From Paecilomyces variotii (lineage: Eukaryota): a DNA stretch of 64,000 bases. The translations under genes were made by a program, and so were the position numbers. The stretch lies in assembly GCA_004022145.1 (NCBI GenBank), contig RCNU01000012.1; one strand, given 5' to 3'. The stretch's first letter is position 1; each line of letters opens with the position of its first letter. Below, piece after piece: positions 1 through 13,109 of the stretch. The notes under the pieces are model-generated. The model was not told the DNA's origin, searched no databases, and was given only the letters and a program-made list of their open reading frames with translations.

Positions 1-3000
1 TGTGGCGCTCATTTTGTTTCAAGTTGTATTTGTCGCTGTTTTTGAAGATCGATTTGATCAATTGCGGGTTCTTAGCCAGAATAGATTTGTACAACTTCTT
101 TTGCACCACAGACATCGTCACTGGGACGATGATCTGCGCCATTGGCGGAAGGAAAGTGAGGACCTGGGCTTTCGTCCGGCGGAGGAAGAAGGGCCTGATC
201 ATTTCGTGTAGCTCAGGAACGTTTTCCTTGGTAAGAGTTGCATATTTCTCGGCTAGCGCTTGTGCGTTCATAGTCGGGTCGCAGAATTGGAGCAGGTTGA
301 ATAGCTCGCGAACGTTGTTCTGCAAAGGAGTACCAGTCAGGAGAACTTTGAACGGAAATTGTATCTTCGACAAAGCTTCATAAAGCTGGTTTCTATCGTT
401 CTTCAACCTCTGTCCCTCATCCACCACAAGACCGGCCCATGGTATGTTCGAAACAGTTCTGACTGCTTTGTCGTCACTGAGGGTTTCATAGGACGTGATG
501 ACGATATGAGCTCTCAGATCCGAGCTTCCTTCCGGAAACATTTCGTACTTGTAGGCTAGTTTGCGGGCAACGCTGCCCCCGTAAAAAGTGACCACACGGA
601 GCGAAGGAGCCCAGGTCTTGATTTCACGCCGCCAATTTGGGCAAGTGGAATTGGGGACAACGACAAGAAACGGCCAGCATTTATGATCCTGTATCAGGGT
701 CGCAAACAGGCTGATGATTTGGATGGTTTTCCCCAGACCCATTTCATCGGCGAGAATGGCATTTTGTTTCTTATACCACATGTAGTACAGCCAGTTAAGG
801 CCATCCTTCTGGTAGTCCATGATCTGCCCACCCGTCAGGATGGTCGGTTGACTACGCTTCATCAAGGTGGATTCGAAATCCTGAGATCGGATCTTGGCTA
901 GATGCTTTCTCAGCACACCGGACTTGGGAACACGGACATAGTCACGCAGGACCCAATCCTCATAAGCTGCCTTGAAGTCGTTCCATCTTTCAGTGTCTGA
1001 AGGGTCAGGAACCGATTCCCATACGGCATCTTCGTATGAGAGCCCCTTGAACTTAACATAGGCTTCCTTTACCTCCTTCACCCGTGCCCTGTCGATTTCC
1101 AAGGTCCGGTTACTTACAACGTTGGAGTAGCGGACATCGAAGACGATATCAACCCGTAGATATTCTTCGGGAATCGCATCCTCCGTAGTCATCTGTGGTT
1201 TCAGATTCTTGGGTGACTTGTCGAATGCTCTCCGCATGGCAGCGGCCGCTACGCCAAAGACCCAAGTACCCGGCATCCACTGAGTTCGATAGAAGGACAT
1301 GCCTTTCCATTTGACGAGATATTCCTTTTCATCTTCCTTCATAGCCTCCGCAGTGGTTCCGGGAACGTAGCTCTCCAAATTCGTCGGCCGCCAGGCTACT
1401 AGCGCTGCTATTTCTCCAGGCACGGATGAGCAATCCTTGCATATCCAACGCCGTGAATATTCCTTGAAGCGTGCATTGGCACGCTCAGCAGGTGTCATGT
1501 CTTCACTTTCCCAGGCGGGTTCTTGTTCAGATTTTGGAGGGAGATGCTCGAAGTGAAAGGCTCTATAGCAGTCCGAGCAGCGGAAAAGGACATTATCCAC
1601 GTTGTCAATAAGGGACCTGTCGACTGGGGTGATCGGGTCCAGGCCCCCATTCTTCTCTCGCAGTTGCTGCTCCTGGCGCGCTGTCAACCGCTCCCGAAGA
1701 GGCTTCGACATAGGACCCGGGGCCTTGCATTCAGTGCAGAAGCCATGGTGGGGAGAGTACCAATCCTTTGTATGGGAAACTCCAATACAACGTCTACACT
1801 GTAGTATGAAATGGTCCGGTCCGACCTTGGTGACTAGATGCTCTCGCGAACCACGTGGTCCCAAGCAGACTTTATGGTACGCACTGGTACACCCCTGGCA
1901 GAAAACGAGTGGCCCTTTGACTTCGTCGTCTTTGGAAGTATAACAAGTATCGCAGACATTGCGATGGCGGAGTCGGAATTCATTATCCTTCGGGACCTTT
2001 TCGAAATACTCCTTCGCAGCAGAGTACTTCTTTTCTCTCGAAGTGGCCTCGTTCTCGGAGATATCAGATTCGACTCTTTCTCTGAGACTTTTCCGCGGCT
2101 GTCCCCTTGTCCTTGTTGAGAAACGAGCGCCTCTTGGGGCACTGTATTCGCTACCAGACTCTGAGTACCCGGACGTCCTCTGCCGCTTGGAGCGTCGTAT
2201 GGCAAGCGTCTGAGGCTTGCGCTTCCTCAACGATCTTGTCGTGAAAGAGGTTGCGAGATCATCACTTGAAGACGAAGAGTCGTCCACTTCTTCCTCCTCA
2301 TCGCTGCTCTCAGGCACCGCACGTGGAGGTCGGCCTCGAGTGGATTGACGCCTTGTAGTCCACCCTGATTCTGAAGACGAGGCGAGGTATTCGTCTTCCG
2401 ATGGCGGCGGGGGAGGTCCAACAATAAGACGAATTGAGCGCAACGATCCGTCGGTAGCATTCTGGCGAGAAAGACTCTCGCTACTTGCATCTTCTTCATC
2501 TGAAAAGACCAAATTCATCGAACTCACGAATTCTGCACTGCCTTGCCTTAATGATCTGCGTGACCTTGTAGAATCCATATCTCCACGTCTCTGTCGACTC
2601 TGCTTGTTCGAATCGTTGAACTTGGCTAGAGCATCGTCGCCATTGGTAAGAGTAGGAAGTCGGGATGAGGAGACCTTGATGTGGAAAGTGAAGATTAGTG
2701 AGCCTGATAGTGAATGGAATATAAAATCACAGGTGACCACAACTCAACTCACAAGATCCTTATCTCCGCTCCTAAATTCAACCCAGTAGTAAGGCCCCCA
2801 TGGCGTATTCCCTCTGCTTAGAATGCGTCGCACTTTATCATGGCCGGGGAGGGACTCATATTCATCGACATCCTGAATCTGCGGAACCTCGATTCCAGAG
2901 AACTCTGACTTTGATCCTCCATCGCCTTGTGTATGGGTCGGCCTTTCATGAGCAGAAGCAGGTCGAGATTTCTGTTCGCTGTGGTCTCTGCTAGACGCGG

Positions 3001-3106
3001 TTGGCACAGCGAACTGCTCGAGGAGCTCTGCGACCAACTCATCTCCGTCATCGGACCCGGAGGTTATATCGTGATACCCATTCTGAAAATCTGACAAGCC
3101 AGACAT
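1..3106 (-). CDS. CHD3/Mi-2/Mit1-like chromatin remodeler (PHD finger, chromodomains, SNF2 ATPase); 3' end lies outside the window
   Basis: ATG at 3106 (MSGLSDFQ...), intron ~2752-2704 (GTGAGT...CAG), then a long minus-strand frame running off the window edge. It encodes a Cys/His PHD-like region (CTSAYHKVC...LQCRRC...FRCSDC..AFHFEHL), a chromodomain (YLVKWKGMSFYRTQW) and SNF2 motifs ([25 protein letters not shown]). Confidence 0.88.
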
Positions 3107-3658
3107 CGTGTACTATCAAAACCGTTTCCTTCCGGTTCAAAACGCGCGCGACAAGTACATTCCACTGCGCAAGAGGCGGGTCGGATATTAGACGCGGACG
3201 GGGAAACGCGAACGTGACGGGGACATCTAAGGGGGCGAATGGACAAACTCCAAACGAGAACACTGAAGGCGCAGGGGAAAAAAAGAAAACACACAGGTCG
3301 CGCCACACTATCCCAGAAACCTGGAGTTATAATGAACAAGCAGTCGTTGTGCTTCAAGATATCATTTCCTTCAATATCCGGGGCGCGAGAGACGCGGTCA
3401 CGGGGTGGGAATAACGTGTTGCCGGGTACTTTCTTAAGTAAGTATTATTGACAAATGACGATCCGACGGACTAACAGAGTCAAATATACATACTTACAAC
3501 ACTCGCTTGAAACTGGAACTGAAATCAAATCACATTTGAAAGCCACAACGGCCCTTCTTGTCAAAAAGGAGAGGCCAGCATTAATCTAATCTATGACTTT
3601 TCCTGCCGTTCTATCATGCATTTGATCGCCGTTATCTCATGCTCAAAATCAAATAATT

Positions 3659-5425
3659 CTATCCGAGCTTGATAGGGTGCTTTCTACGCAGCGCACCGCC
3701 GTATCGATAAATCAAAGCAGGCACCGGAGTCAGACCAAGGGCAACAAAGCCCAGCAGGGAGTTTCCCCAGCCCAGACCCAACCTGTCATACATAGAGGGG
3801 CCTGCAAGGGGCAGGAACGCACCGAAAAGACATCTCATCGCCGTCAATCCGGCCACTGCAGAGGCTGCATATTGTCCGGACACATCGATGAAATAGGTCT
3901 GGATCGGCGCATAAATTCCCATCATGCCGAAGCCAAACGGGAGCAGACCGATGATCGGTACAATCCAATGAACATGCTTATCTGCCGACCACCCGTACCA
4001 GAAAAAGCTGATAGGGATGAATAAAGCAAAGTAAAGACAACTTGCAAGGCGCATTTCTGGCTCAAACACGCCTTGGTTGGCCTTTGTTAAGTGGATGACG
4101 GTCTTATCTGAGGTTTTTGCAACGACAGTGATGCCGAGCATAAATCCAAGACCGATACCTAGGTATGCGAGACCGCATAATTCGATAGGCCAGCCGTAGT
4201 CGTTGATGAACAGCGATGTGATAGTGGTAAAAAGAAGATATAAAAGCCCAAAGACGAAGGACAGATATAGCGCGAGGAAAAAGAGTATCGGTGATCTAGC
4301 GAGCATCCTAACGGGTCTATTGATACTCTGGATGATCAGGAAGAATGGACTCGCAGTTTCATCTTTCAGCTCGTAAACACTTCGCAGATCAGGGCGCTCT
4401 TGTTCTCTCTGGAGCCGGCGAGTCTTCCGGCGGAGTAATACAGATGGATTTGTCTCACGGCCCGTAACAATATTAATGACACTTACGACACCGCAGGCTA
4501 TGAGCAAGACCCAAAAGACCCATCTCCAACCAGCGCGCTGCGCAATGAATCCACCGATCAGAGGGCCAACAACGGGTCCAAATAATGGACCGAGCGTAAA
4601 CATCGCGTTGGCTTTTCCTCGCTGCTGCAGAGGGAAGAGATCAGATATTATCCCACCGCCTATAGTTAAACAGGCGGAACCGCCTATACCGGCTAGCAGC
4701 CGGAAGACAATAAGACTGGCCATATTAGGGGACAAGGCACACCCTATTTGGAATACCGTAAAGAAGAAGTTTGCGCAGTTGAGGATAGGCTGCCGTCCAT
4801 AGATCTCACTCAGCGGAGAGAATACAAGGGGGCCAATCTATTTTGTTTCTGTGAGTACTTTTCTTCAAGTGTCAAAGAAATCGCAGGGACGGGCTTTTGT
4901 ATGTATATACGTACTGAGAAGCCAAGAACAAAGATGCTGATTGCCAGAGCACTTAGAATAGTAGAAGTGACATGGAAAGTCTCGTCCGCATATTCTATTC
5001 CTGGCGCCGGAATAGAGGACGCCAAAGGACTGAATTGAGGCATCTGTTAGAGTTTCCGAGATATATAGCTTTTTGAATAATATCGGAAGTCTAGACGACT
5101 CGACCAAAAAGGAGAACTCCTCAGAGGTCTGGTCCTAGCTGGATCTAACAAATAACAACCGCACCTAAGAAACGCGACGAAGCTCACAAGGCCCAGTAGA
5201 AACCATTTGCGTTTGCTTGGAAAATTCCTAAAGGGTTTCTTTAGCACCGACATCACCGACTTTACATTTCAGAATCTCTTACTGAGGGTTTTGACTGTCT
5301 TCCAAGCTGTCCCAGCCGACAATTCCATTTGCCAAGTCCGATAGTTTATCTTGACCTAAAACCACTGGCTTTGGGCCTTTCTCTTCGTCCGTTGACGGGT
5401 CGATGGATAATGCTTCATTGCTCAT
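3659..5425 (-). CDS. MFS multidrug transporter, DHA1 family
   Basis: ATG at 5425 (MSNEALS...VGWDSLEDSQNP), several short introns, RNFPSKRKW, FRLLAGIGGS, LGPLFGPVVGPLIGGFI..AGWRW and PEMRL motifs; 12-TM-type hydrophobic pattern. Confidence 0.92.
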
Positions 5426-7469
5426 GACGCCTGCTGAAGTCGAAATGGACTAAAGCATAAGAAGAGACCCTTGAAATTTGCTTTTCTAAAAGAGCAAAAC
5501 ATATCAACCCACGGCGTCAGGAGTTTTTGACAGAAAAACGGACTTATCGGCCTCCATTATTATTATTTCCAATACCAGCACAATTGTTTGCTTATGCGTG
5601 TTGATCTGGGCACGGTCAACCTTATCTCGGTCGGAGATCAGTAGATGACCCGGTAATAATTATTAATTTCACCCCGCGTACACGGCAAATCCAAATGCAA
5701 AATTACCGACAATCGTTGTTGATGCATCACTATTCACCTAATATTAATTCACGGGAATAGCGGACATTAATACCGACCGGAGTCCAGAAGCTCTCCATTC
5801 CGTATCATAGTCGTGGCTACTGTAACTTGGCCCCGCAGAATGGAGTTGGTTGTGGTGCAATCGCTCTTCGCAAGATTCGATTCCTTCTTCCCCGTGGGCC
5901 AGCCCATTGATACTTTCGTGGCCCTCAAAAGTCACTCGTTTAAACATCCCCGCGTGGAAGGAAGGTGATGAAGTACATACTTTGATCTCTCCCTACCCAG
6001 AGCTATATCCGAGAAAGAAAAGGACCTTCAGTGCACGGTAGGTTCGTATTTTGTTCTCCCTTCCCGTATCATCCTGGAACAGTATCTTTAGAGCCTCTAG
6101 GCATTTGAGGGGATTATGGTTAGGCTGGATCTTTTACTGTTGAATATCGTTATATCTATTAGGGGATTCTCTGCTGTTTCTCGAGTAATATAATAATACT
6201 CATTGTCGGGAGACACTGAAGCTGTATGAACTGGGAAGTCTGGCGGTGAACAATTATGACAACAAGAGGATCCATCCTGTGCTAAATCTGCATATGAACT
6301 ATTACTATTTGGGCATATCACTGGAGCCGGATCTCGAGAAAGCACTGAGGCGAGAATCTCTAAACAAAGTTGAGCAGAGTGCGGAGCTACGTCTTCCAGC
6401 ATCAAGAGCTAATTATATGACATGCTGGTATCATTTAAACTCTTCTATAGCATTTTTTTCTTTGGAAAATACTAAATAAGCTTAGGTCAATGTCTTCACC
6501 CATCGGGAAAGGCCTGGAAGATTTGGCAGATCTACTTGTCAGCATGACTGGTTCCGCGATTAGCAACAATCATAAAGTCCCTCATACCGCTGATTCTGTC
6601 CCCACGGCCAGCTCTTCTGCCCCAGCTACTGTTCCAATACTAGATAGACCTCGGGACTTGTGAGACTGAAATATTCAGCGATTTCCCCTTAAATCTGGAG
6701 GCCGAAAGGGACCCGTTGCCCTCCTTTGAGGTAGCTTCAGGTATCTTTGAGTGTTTGCTCAATTTGACACCTCCATACGACGATATGACTTGAAAACCTT
6801 TTTCCAAAATCGAAATTAAACCGGATATTCAATAAAAAGGTACAGCGTTCGGAGATCTTGAGATCTTTTGAAGAATATAAGAGGAAGCTCGGGTAAAGGA
6901 CAGCGATCAATGTTAATTAAAATCGACCTCTGTTTTGAGCAGAGCAAAGACTGTCATTGCTGGCTCTGCGGGAGATATCCAGACGAAGCAGGTCTGGTAA
7001 GGAATTGACATCAGACATTACACCCTGTGGAAGAGTCTACCGTGATAAACCGTGAATAATGTGACGCTTTGGATATATTGATGGCTTCCGATTTCACGAC
7101 CACGTACGCCGATGGAGGTCACAGCCACATATATACATACATACAATCTTCAACCACGTAGGATTACCATATATCATAATTGAATCTTATCAAATATATA
7201 TTAAGCTAAATATTACAGTGCTGCTGTATAGAGGAAACTGGAATAGTTAACAAGCAGTCACGTGAGGAGTCATACAGCGTTTAGTTTATCTTATCGCCGA
7301 CGGAAAAAGTTCTTGGGAGCTAAGTAAGTAGCTCTTCTGCCCCCGAGAAGGAAACCATCGTCCGCCTTTTCATGTTGGGTTCAACCATGAGCTTATCCTA
7401 GAGTCTCTCATTAGAATTAACTCTTCACTCCTACGATCTTCAGAGTATACATAATCTAACCCTCACCCA

Positions 7470-9032
7470 ATGCCTCCTCCACACGCTTACTCTCATTTGC
7501 GGGCCTATCTGCGTCTGTCCGGAGCTCCAGCGCGCACTGTGAATTCTCTATCCTCTATTCGACATGCCTCCTTAACCTCAGCAATTGATCGAGGGATCCG
7601 CAAATCCCGCAACGTCGAATCGCCATCATTCTCACGCCGCGATCGTCCCTCTGAGAGGGAGGATCGTGGCCGTCCGGAGAAGGAAGATTTCCGCCGTCGT
7701 AATCATCATCGCAGACAGGACGAACAACAGGAATCAAAAGATGTCGAATTCGACGAGGACGAATTCATCCGGTCGGGAAACTTCCGCGCCCTTCCTCGAG
7801 AGTATCAGGCACCAAGGGTATCTCGTTTCAGAGGAAATGGAGACTCATACGGGAATAAACCGTCATCGCATCATCGCAAAACCTACGAAGAGGATCGTTT
7901 CTCGTTATCGAAGAATCGAGATAATAATAAGGACAAGAGGGAGAAGGAGAAGGAGAAGGAAAAGTATGAACTTCGAGAACCTCGATATACAGACTCGCGA
8001 CCTGAACGGGTGAAAGCCCACGTGAAGATCCCCGAGACGATTCCTTACACGACACCAGCGTCGGAATTCATCTACGGTACTACCTCCGTCGAAGCCTGTC
8101 TTCGGTGCTCGCGCCGCCAGCTATACAAACTCTACATCTATCAGTCCGTCGATGAAGAACTCTCCCAGACAAAGATCACTCTTCGGAAACTGGCCCTTTC
8201 CAGGGGCGTCCCCGTCAAAATGGCCTTTGGCGGCTGGGACCGTCTCCTGGACAAGATGAGCGCCGGACGACCGCATAACGGAGTGATTCTGGAAGCATCG
8301 CCCATCCCGCGCTTACCAGTGACGAGTCTCGATGCCGTTTCTTCACCGGAAACAGACCATTTCACAGCATCGCTAGCTCCGCAATCTCGCGAAGAAGCCG
8401 CCGTGAACGGGACAGATAATCGCATCTCCAAGATATCACCGATCCAAACCCTCCCACAGACCGAGACTCCAACAAACTATTACCCTCTCACCCTCCTCCT
8501 CGACGGTATTCTCGACCCTGGCAATCTAGGGGCCATCCTCCGCTCCGCATACTACCTTGGCGTCTCCGCCGTCTGCTTCACAGGCCGAAACTCTGCCCCC
8601 CTCTCCCCCGTGACTATCAAAGCCTCCGCCGGCGCAGCAGAGAACATGACCCTGCTCAAGGTCAACAACGCCGTAGACTTCATCAAACAAAGTCGCCGGA
8701 ATGGCTGGCGCTTCTACGCCGCTGACGCCCCCGGTCCTGGTACCGCAATGTCCTCGAACGTCCTCGCAGACGGCTCTGGTCGTGCAGGAACGCTTTTGCA
8801 ACAAGCACCATCGGTGCTTATGCTCGGATCTGAGGGCACGGGTCTCAGTCCGCACGTCAAGGCCCATGCGGATTCCTTTGTCGGGATTCCTGGTGCTCGA
8901 CTTGGTCTCGAGGGCGATCTCACGGCTGATCCTGCACGGGTTGACAGTCTGAACGTCAGTGTTGCTGCGGCATTGTTGATCGAGATGTTTATGCGAACTC
9001 CGCTTGTCGTGTCTGAAAACCATAAGAATTGA
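7470..9032 (+). CDS. MRM1: Mitochondrial large-subunit rRNA 2'-O-methyltransferase (SpoU/TrmH SPOUT family, MRM1/Pet56-like)
   Basis: 520-aa single ORF with an Arg/Ser-rich presequence-like N-terminus, EFIYG, RPHNGVILE, LDGILDPGNLGAILRSA, GSEGTGL and DSLNVSVAAA SPOUT motifs. Confidence 0.88.
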   Translation: MPPPHAYSHLRAYLRLSGAPARTVNSLSSIRHASLTSAIDRGIRKSRNVESPSFSRRDRPSEREDRGRPEKEDFRRRNHHRRQDEQQESKDVEFDEDEFIRSGNFRALPREYQAPRVSRFRGNGDSYGNKPSSHHRKTYEEDRFSLSKNRDNNKDKREKEKEKEKYELREPRYTDSRPERVKAHVKIPETIPYTTPASEFIYGTTSVEACLRCSRRQLYKLYIYQSVDEELSQTKITLRKLALSRGVPVKMAFGGWDRLLDKMSAGRPHNGVILEASPIPRLPVTSLDAVSSPETDHFTASLAPQSREEAAVNGTDNRISKISPIQTLPQTETPTNYYPLTLLLDGILDPGNLGAILRSAYYLGVSAVCFTGRNSAPLSPVTIKASAGAAENMTLLKVNNAVDFIKQSRRNGWRFYAADAPGPGTAMSSNVLADGSGRAGTLLQQAPSVLMLGSEGTGLSPHVKAHADSFVGIPGARLGLEGDLTADPARVDSLNVSVAAALLIEMFMRTPLVVSENHKN

Positions 9033-9411
9033 TCCAAAAATCGAGGCACGGGAGTAGAAGCATAAAATATCAAAAGGATATCCTCCGATGACATGAAGTT
9101 TCAATTTGATGTGGACTACTCGCATTTGCATTGACTCGGCGTTTACTCGTTCTGGGGAGGGAGCCAACTCCCGCGGCTTGTGACTAATTAGTACTACCAG
9201 TCATTCTTCCGTTGATTTGTTAGGATTCATTAAGATATATTGCATCAATAGACAATCTCATGACTAGCTATACCATCATTAACCACCATCCGGGCATATC
9301 ACATGAACCTCACGAATCCTGCCAGCAGTAAAAACATTCAGGTCAGATTACGCGGAACCCCACAGAGCCGCGCATCATTCAGGAAAAGATGGCCAGCAAC
9401 CGCTAGCCAAC

Positions 9412-10839
9412 TTACTCCTGGGACGGGGGCGCAGATGTGTTCTGGGTTGGTTCCGTCCTCTGCACGGCTCCGAAGCGCTTGTTGCCAACATCGAAGATCT
9501 GGAGTGCCAAACAGATTGTTGTCAGCCACAGTTCCCATAGTAAAATAGTAAATTATTGGGCTCGAACTTACCGCATAGACGCTCTTGAGGAAAGTGTCAC
9601 CCAGGATATCGAAAGGATTCTCACCACGGCTCTGAATGCCGCCATAGACGTAGCCCGACTTGGCCTCTGCGAACCCGAGGTCCTCCTTCTGGACGGTAAA
9701 TTGCTTGTCACCCACGGCAAAGGTGACAGTAGGCAGCTTGTCCGCCGGGGTGTCGCTCGGGTAAATATATCCCTGGCTGTCCGAATCATAGGAAGCCCCA
9801 GGAATGGCGTCGTAGATGGCCTTGACGGTCTCATCATCCACAAGGGCGAGAGTGGTACCTGTGTCGGCAATGGCCTTGTTCCCCGAGCGCGTGATGGTCT
9901 TGCCATTGACAGTAGCCGAGGTGGAGTCGAACTGCCAGAAGCCCTGGCTGTTGTCCACCGGGGCGTAATAGATCTCCTGGCCCTTGACTACGTCCTGGTC
10001 GATGTAGCCAAAAGTGTAGAACGACTCGCCCTTGTCGGGATCATTCTTGTCGCGCCACGAACCCAAGTTGGCCGTGAAGAGCTCGGCCGACTGAGGGATC
10101 TCATCCTCCGCGATCATGTTCTCGACCGGCGTCTTGACAGCAGTGGGCTTGACCGTGTTGATGTTACCCCAGGCGAGGCCCAGCAGACCGTCTCCTGAAC
10201 CTTGCTGAAACTGAGTAGAGATCTCCTTGGCCAGCTCGACGGCCTGGTTCTTGATGACAAGACCTCCGATATTGACATTGTCCGTGCCAACAGAACCCGA
10301 AGCAGTGGAGGAGTCTCCATAGGCGATCTGCCACGTCTCGCCCTGAGAGGTCTTGAACGTACTGGACTTGCTGGGGTCAAAAATAGTATGGCCCTGGGCC
10401 TGAGCCGTGATACTAGAGGGCAGTTCCGTCGACCAGACCTAGTTCATGTCAGCACTTCCCTTCCCAACTGTTCTTCTCCATTCTGGCAGAGACAACATAC
10501 CCAAAGATCCGCTGAACCAGTATCGAAGTCCAGCTTCAGGTTCTGAGCAGGGGTACCGATGCCCACCTCGGCCAGATACTCCGAGTCATTCTGCACGTCC
10601 TCGGCCGGGACATCTCCCGTCTTATCACCGCTCTTCTTCTGCAGCTTATGGACAATGCGAGCTTTGCCTCCCACGGGCTTGTCTGTATACTGCCTGCCAG
10701 TCTGCTGGATACGGCTCGCAACAAAGTAGGGGCCTTCCATGGTGGGCGCGAAGCCCCATTTGCGCATGGCATGGACATAAGACTTGGTGCCAGAGCGGCG
10801 ATAGTTGGGATTGGCGATGAGCCTGATTCTGCCAGCCAT
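9412..10839 (-). CDS. Pepsin-family (A1) aspartic endopeptidase, aspergillopepsin-like, no obvious signal peptide
   Basis: ATG at 10839 (MAGRIRLIANPNYRRSGTKSY), both catalytic motifs (DFDTGSADLWV; IADTGTTL), DGLLGLAW and ILGDTFLKSVYA|IFD; introns ~10498-10439 and ~9571-9499; TAA at 9414-9412. Confidence 0.9.
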
Positions 10840-13109
10840 GGTGTTTTGGGACTGATAATAAAGATACGGTGGGTTGGTATTGAAGTAGAGTACTACTTGT
10901 AGGATACGGGGTAGGTTGATCGTATCAGAGCACACGTGGGGTGTGGTCAACTGAGAACGACACAAAGGGAAGCTTGGGGAATCTAAAACAGATCTCAAGC
11001 TCCAGAGGGCAGAGCTCCTCCTTATGTATCCGAGACCGCAGCACGCGATCACATCCCACGGTGAAGCAACATCCGCATTCACTCCTCCAGTGGCTGCCAG
11101 CAGAGAAAGAGCAGACGGTCTGAGACTATCGCCCTTTGCCGTCCTCCATGTGTTTCGTCATTGCTCCTGCCCCGCCTGGAGGGCGACAGATGACACTAGA
11201 GAAGTCATGGAAGACGCGATGGACTGGATGATGTGCAGGCATTCGGTTTCAGCTCTGGGATGCCCAGAGAGACAGAAGTTGAGAGTATCATACGGGAAGC
11301 GGAGAAGAAAACAAACAATCCCGGCTGGCTACAGGCGACTGTGGCGGAGTTGATCGTCTCATAGTGCTGCTACTAATAGTCTAATACACACCCTGGCCCT
11401 GCAGAATGATGTCTCCGGGATCCGCGATGCAACGCGTCAGATTCTTAAAACACACGAGGAGATCGATCGAAGTTATCAGATCCAGTCAGCTTACGCCGTG
11501 GCCCCCCCTGGACCTTGATCAAAGTTCAGAACAAGCACGGTTGTGGCTGGAGCGGCCGAAAGTCTCTGATCATAAGCATCAGAAGGCGTATCGTGGTTGC
11601 TTGAACCGTCCAGGAACGTATCAGGATGCGAAACGCTATCGTCCCGCGCGACGGTCTCGTCTCCAACGGGACCCATGATGAGATAGACACACGAGGGAGA
11701 TTAGAGCGAAGCTCAGCCGATCGGCCCTAAAATGCTATGTAGCGAAGCTCCGGAGCGTTCCGTTTATTTTTGAGAGATCTGTGGTGCAATAATAATAAAC
11801 GACTTGGGACTCATTTCTTTGAGGCATGTACAGTACATACAAACTCTGACGTCGAGAAGTGGTATATGGTAATATTGTTTCTCTCGGGAGTCGAGATTTC
11901 CCCCTGGACGCCACAGCTTGGGGGTGCCGTCAAGCATTGCCCAGAGACGCACGGTGTTATACTTAGCCTAAGCATTGGCGTGATGCAGTCATCGCATGCG
12001 TCAGAGAGAGCATGCTTCCTGAAAGTGACGCAGCCACATAATACCGACTGGTCCGGCTGACCTGGTCAAGAGAAGGAAATAATACTTGTAGAGTATAGCA
12101 TCATCGTCGACTGACATCAATGAGGGATGGATAGTTAATTAGCCAGTGGCTGCATAACTGACAAGGGCCTCATCGAGAGTACAATATATCCATTAGCTGG
12201 CTTTCGCCATCGCAAAAATAGAAGCCGGCCACCTGCAGAGCGACGGCTCACTCAGGATATGCAGCTCCCCTCACTCGGAGTCACTAGGAAGTTAGGAACC
12301 TTGCACCTCTCGAGAAGAAGCTCTTGGCCACGCACAACTGTCCACTGGCACAAGAGAGAGAGCATCCGCGCCTCAGCAAGAAACTTGATCAGACGGCGCC
12401 AATCGACCAGACTAATAACTGGCCTGTCCCCTGGCTATGAAAGTTCCTTGATTGCTCGATTTCTGGCAGACCTAGACAGGGTTCCTGGCCCGGGAGAAAG
12501 CCATAATGATAATATCCGCTAACTACTAACTACTAAGTACTAACTATATCGCGCTACGTCTCGGACAAGTTCTCAAACTAGCCGTCCTGTAACGTGGCTC
12601 GCTTCTACGGAGATCGGGGACAAGAATAATACAAGAATAATAACATGCGGAGAGGAGGCAAGCATAATAATGTCGGATCCACTGCAGCGTAGTCTATTCT
12701 TCAAGAGTTATTTCATCATAGTAGCAGACAAATACTCTAATTCGACGAGGAACCGCGATCCTTGATCCTAGCAATCGGAAGTATAAGCAGAATATAATTA
12801 AAGAAGTGTGAGCTGAGAGGACGGAAAGAAACCACACCATCCAGCAATCATCCGACAACCTCTGTTGGTGACCGTTCTCACTTTCCTCTAACGGACAGGG
12901 AGAAAGTAATGAAGTCAAGATGAAATACGTCTCTGAAGACATCAAATCATTATTCGAATCTATCGAGGAACAACGCCAGACCGGAAACAAGACACGCACG
13001 CACTCCTCATCCCGAACCGGATATTTACCCAACCAATAAACTAGAGTATAGAACACACACGACCAGGGTGCTTCGGGGCTCTTGGGAAAACTGAAAGGAG
13101 AGTCTTCTA

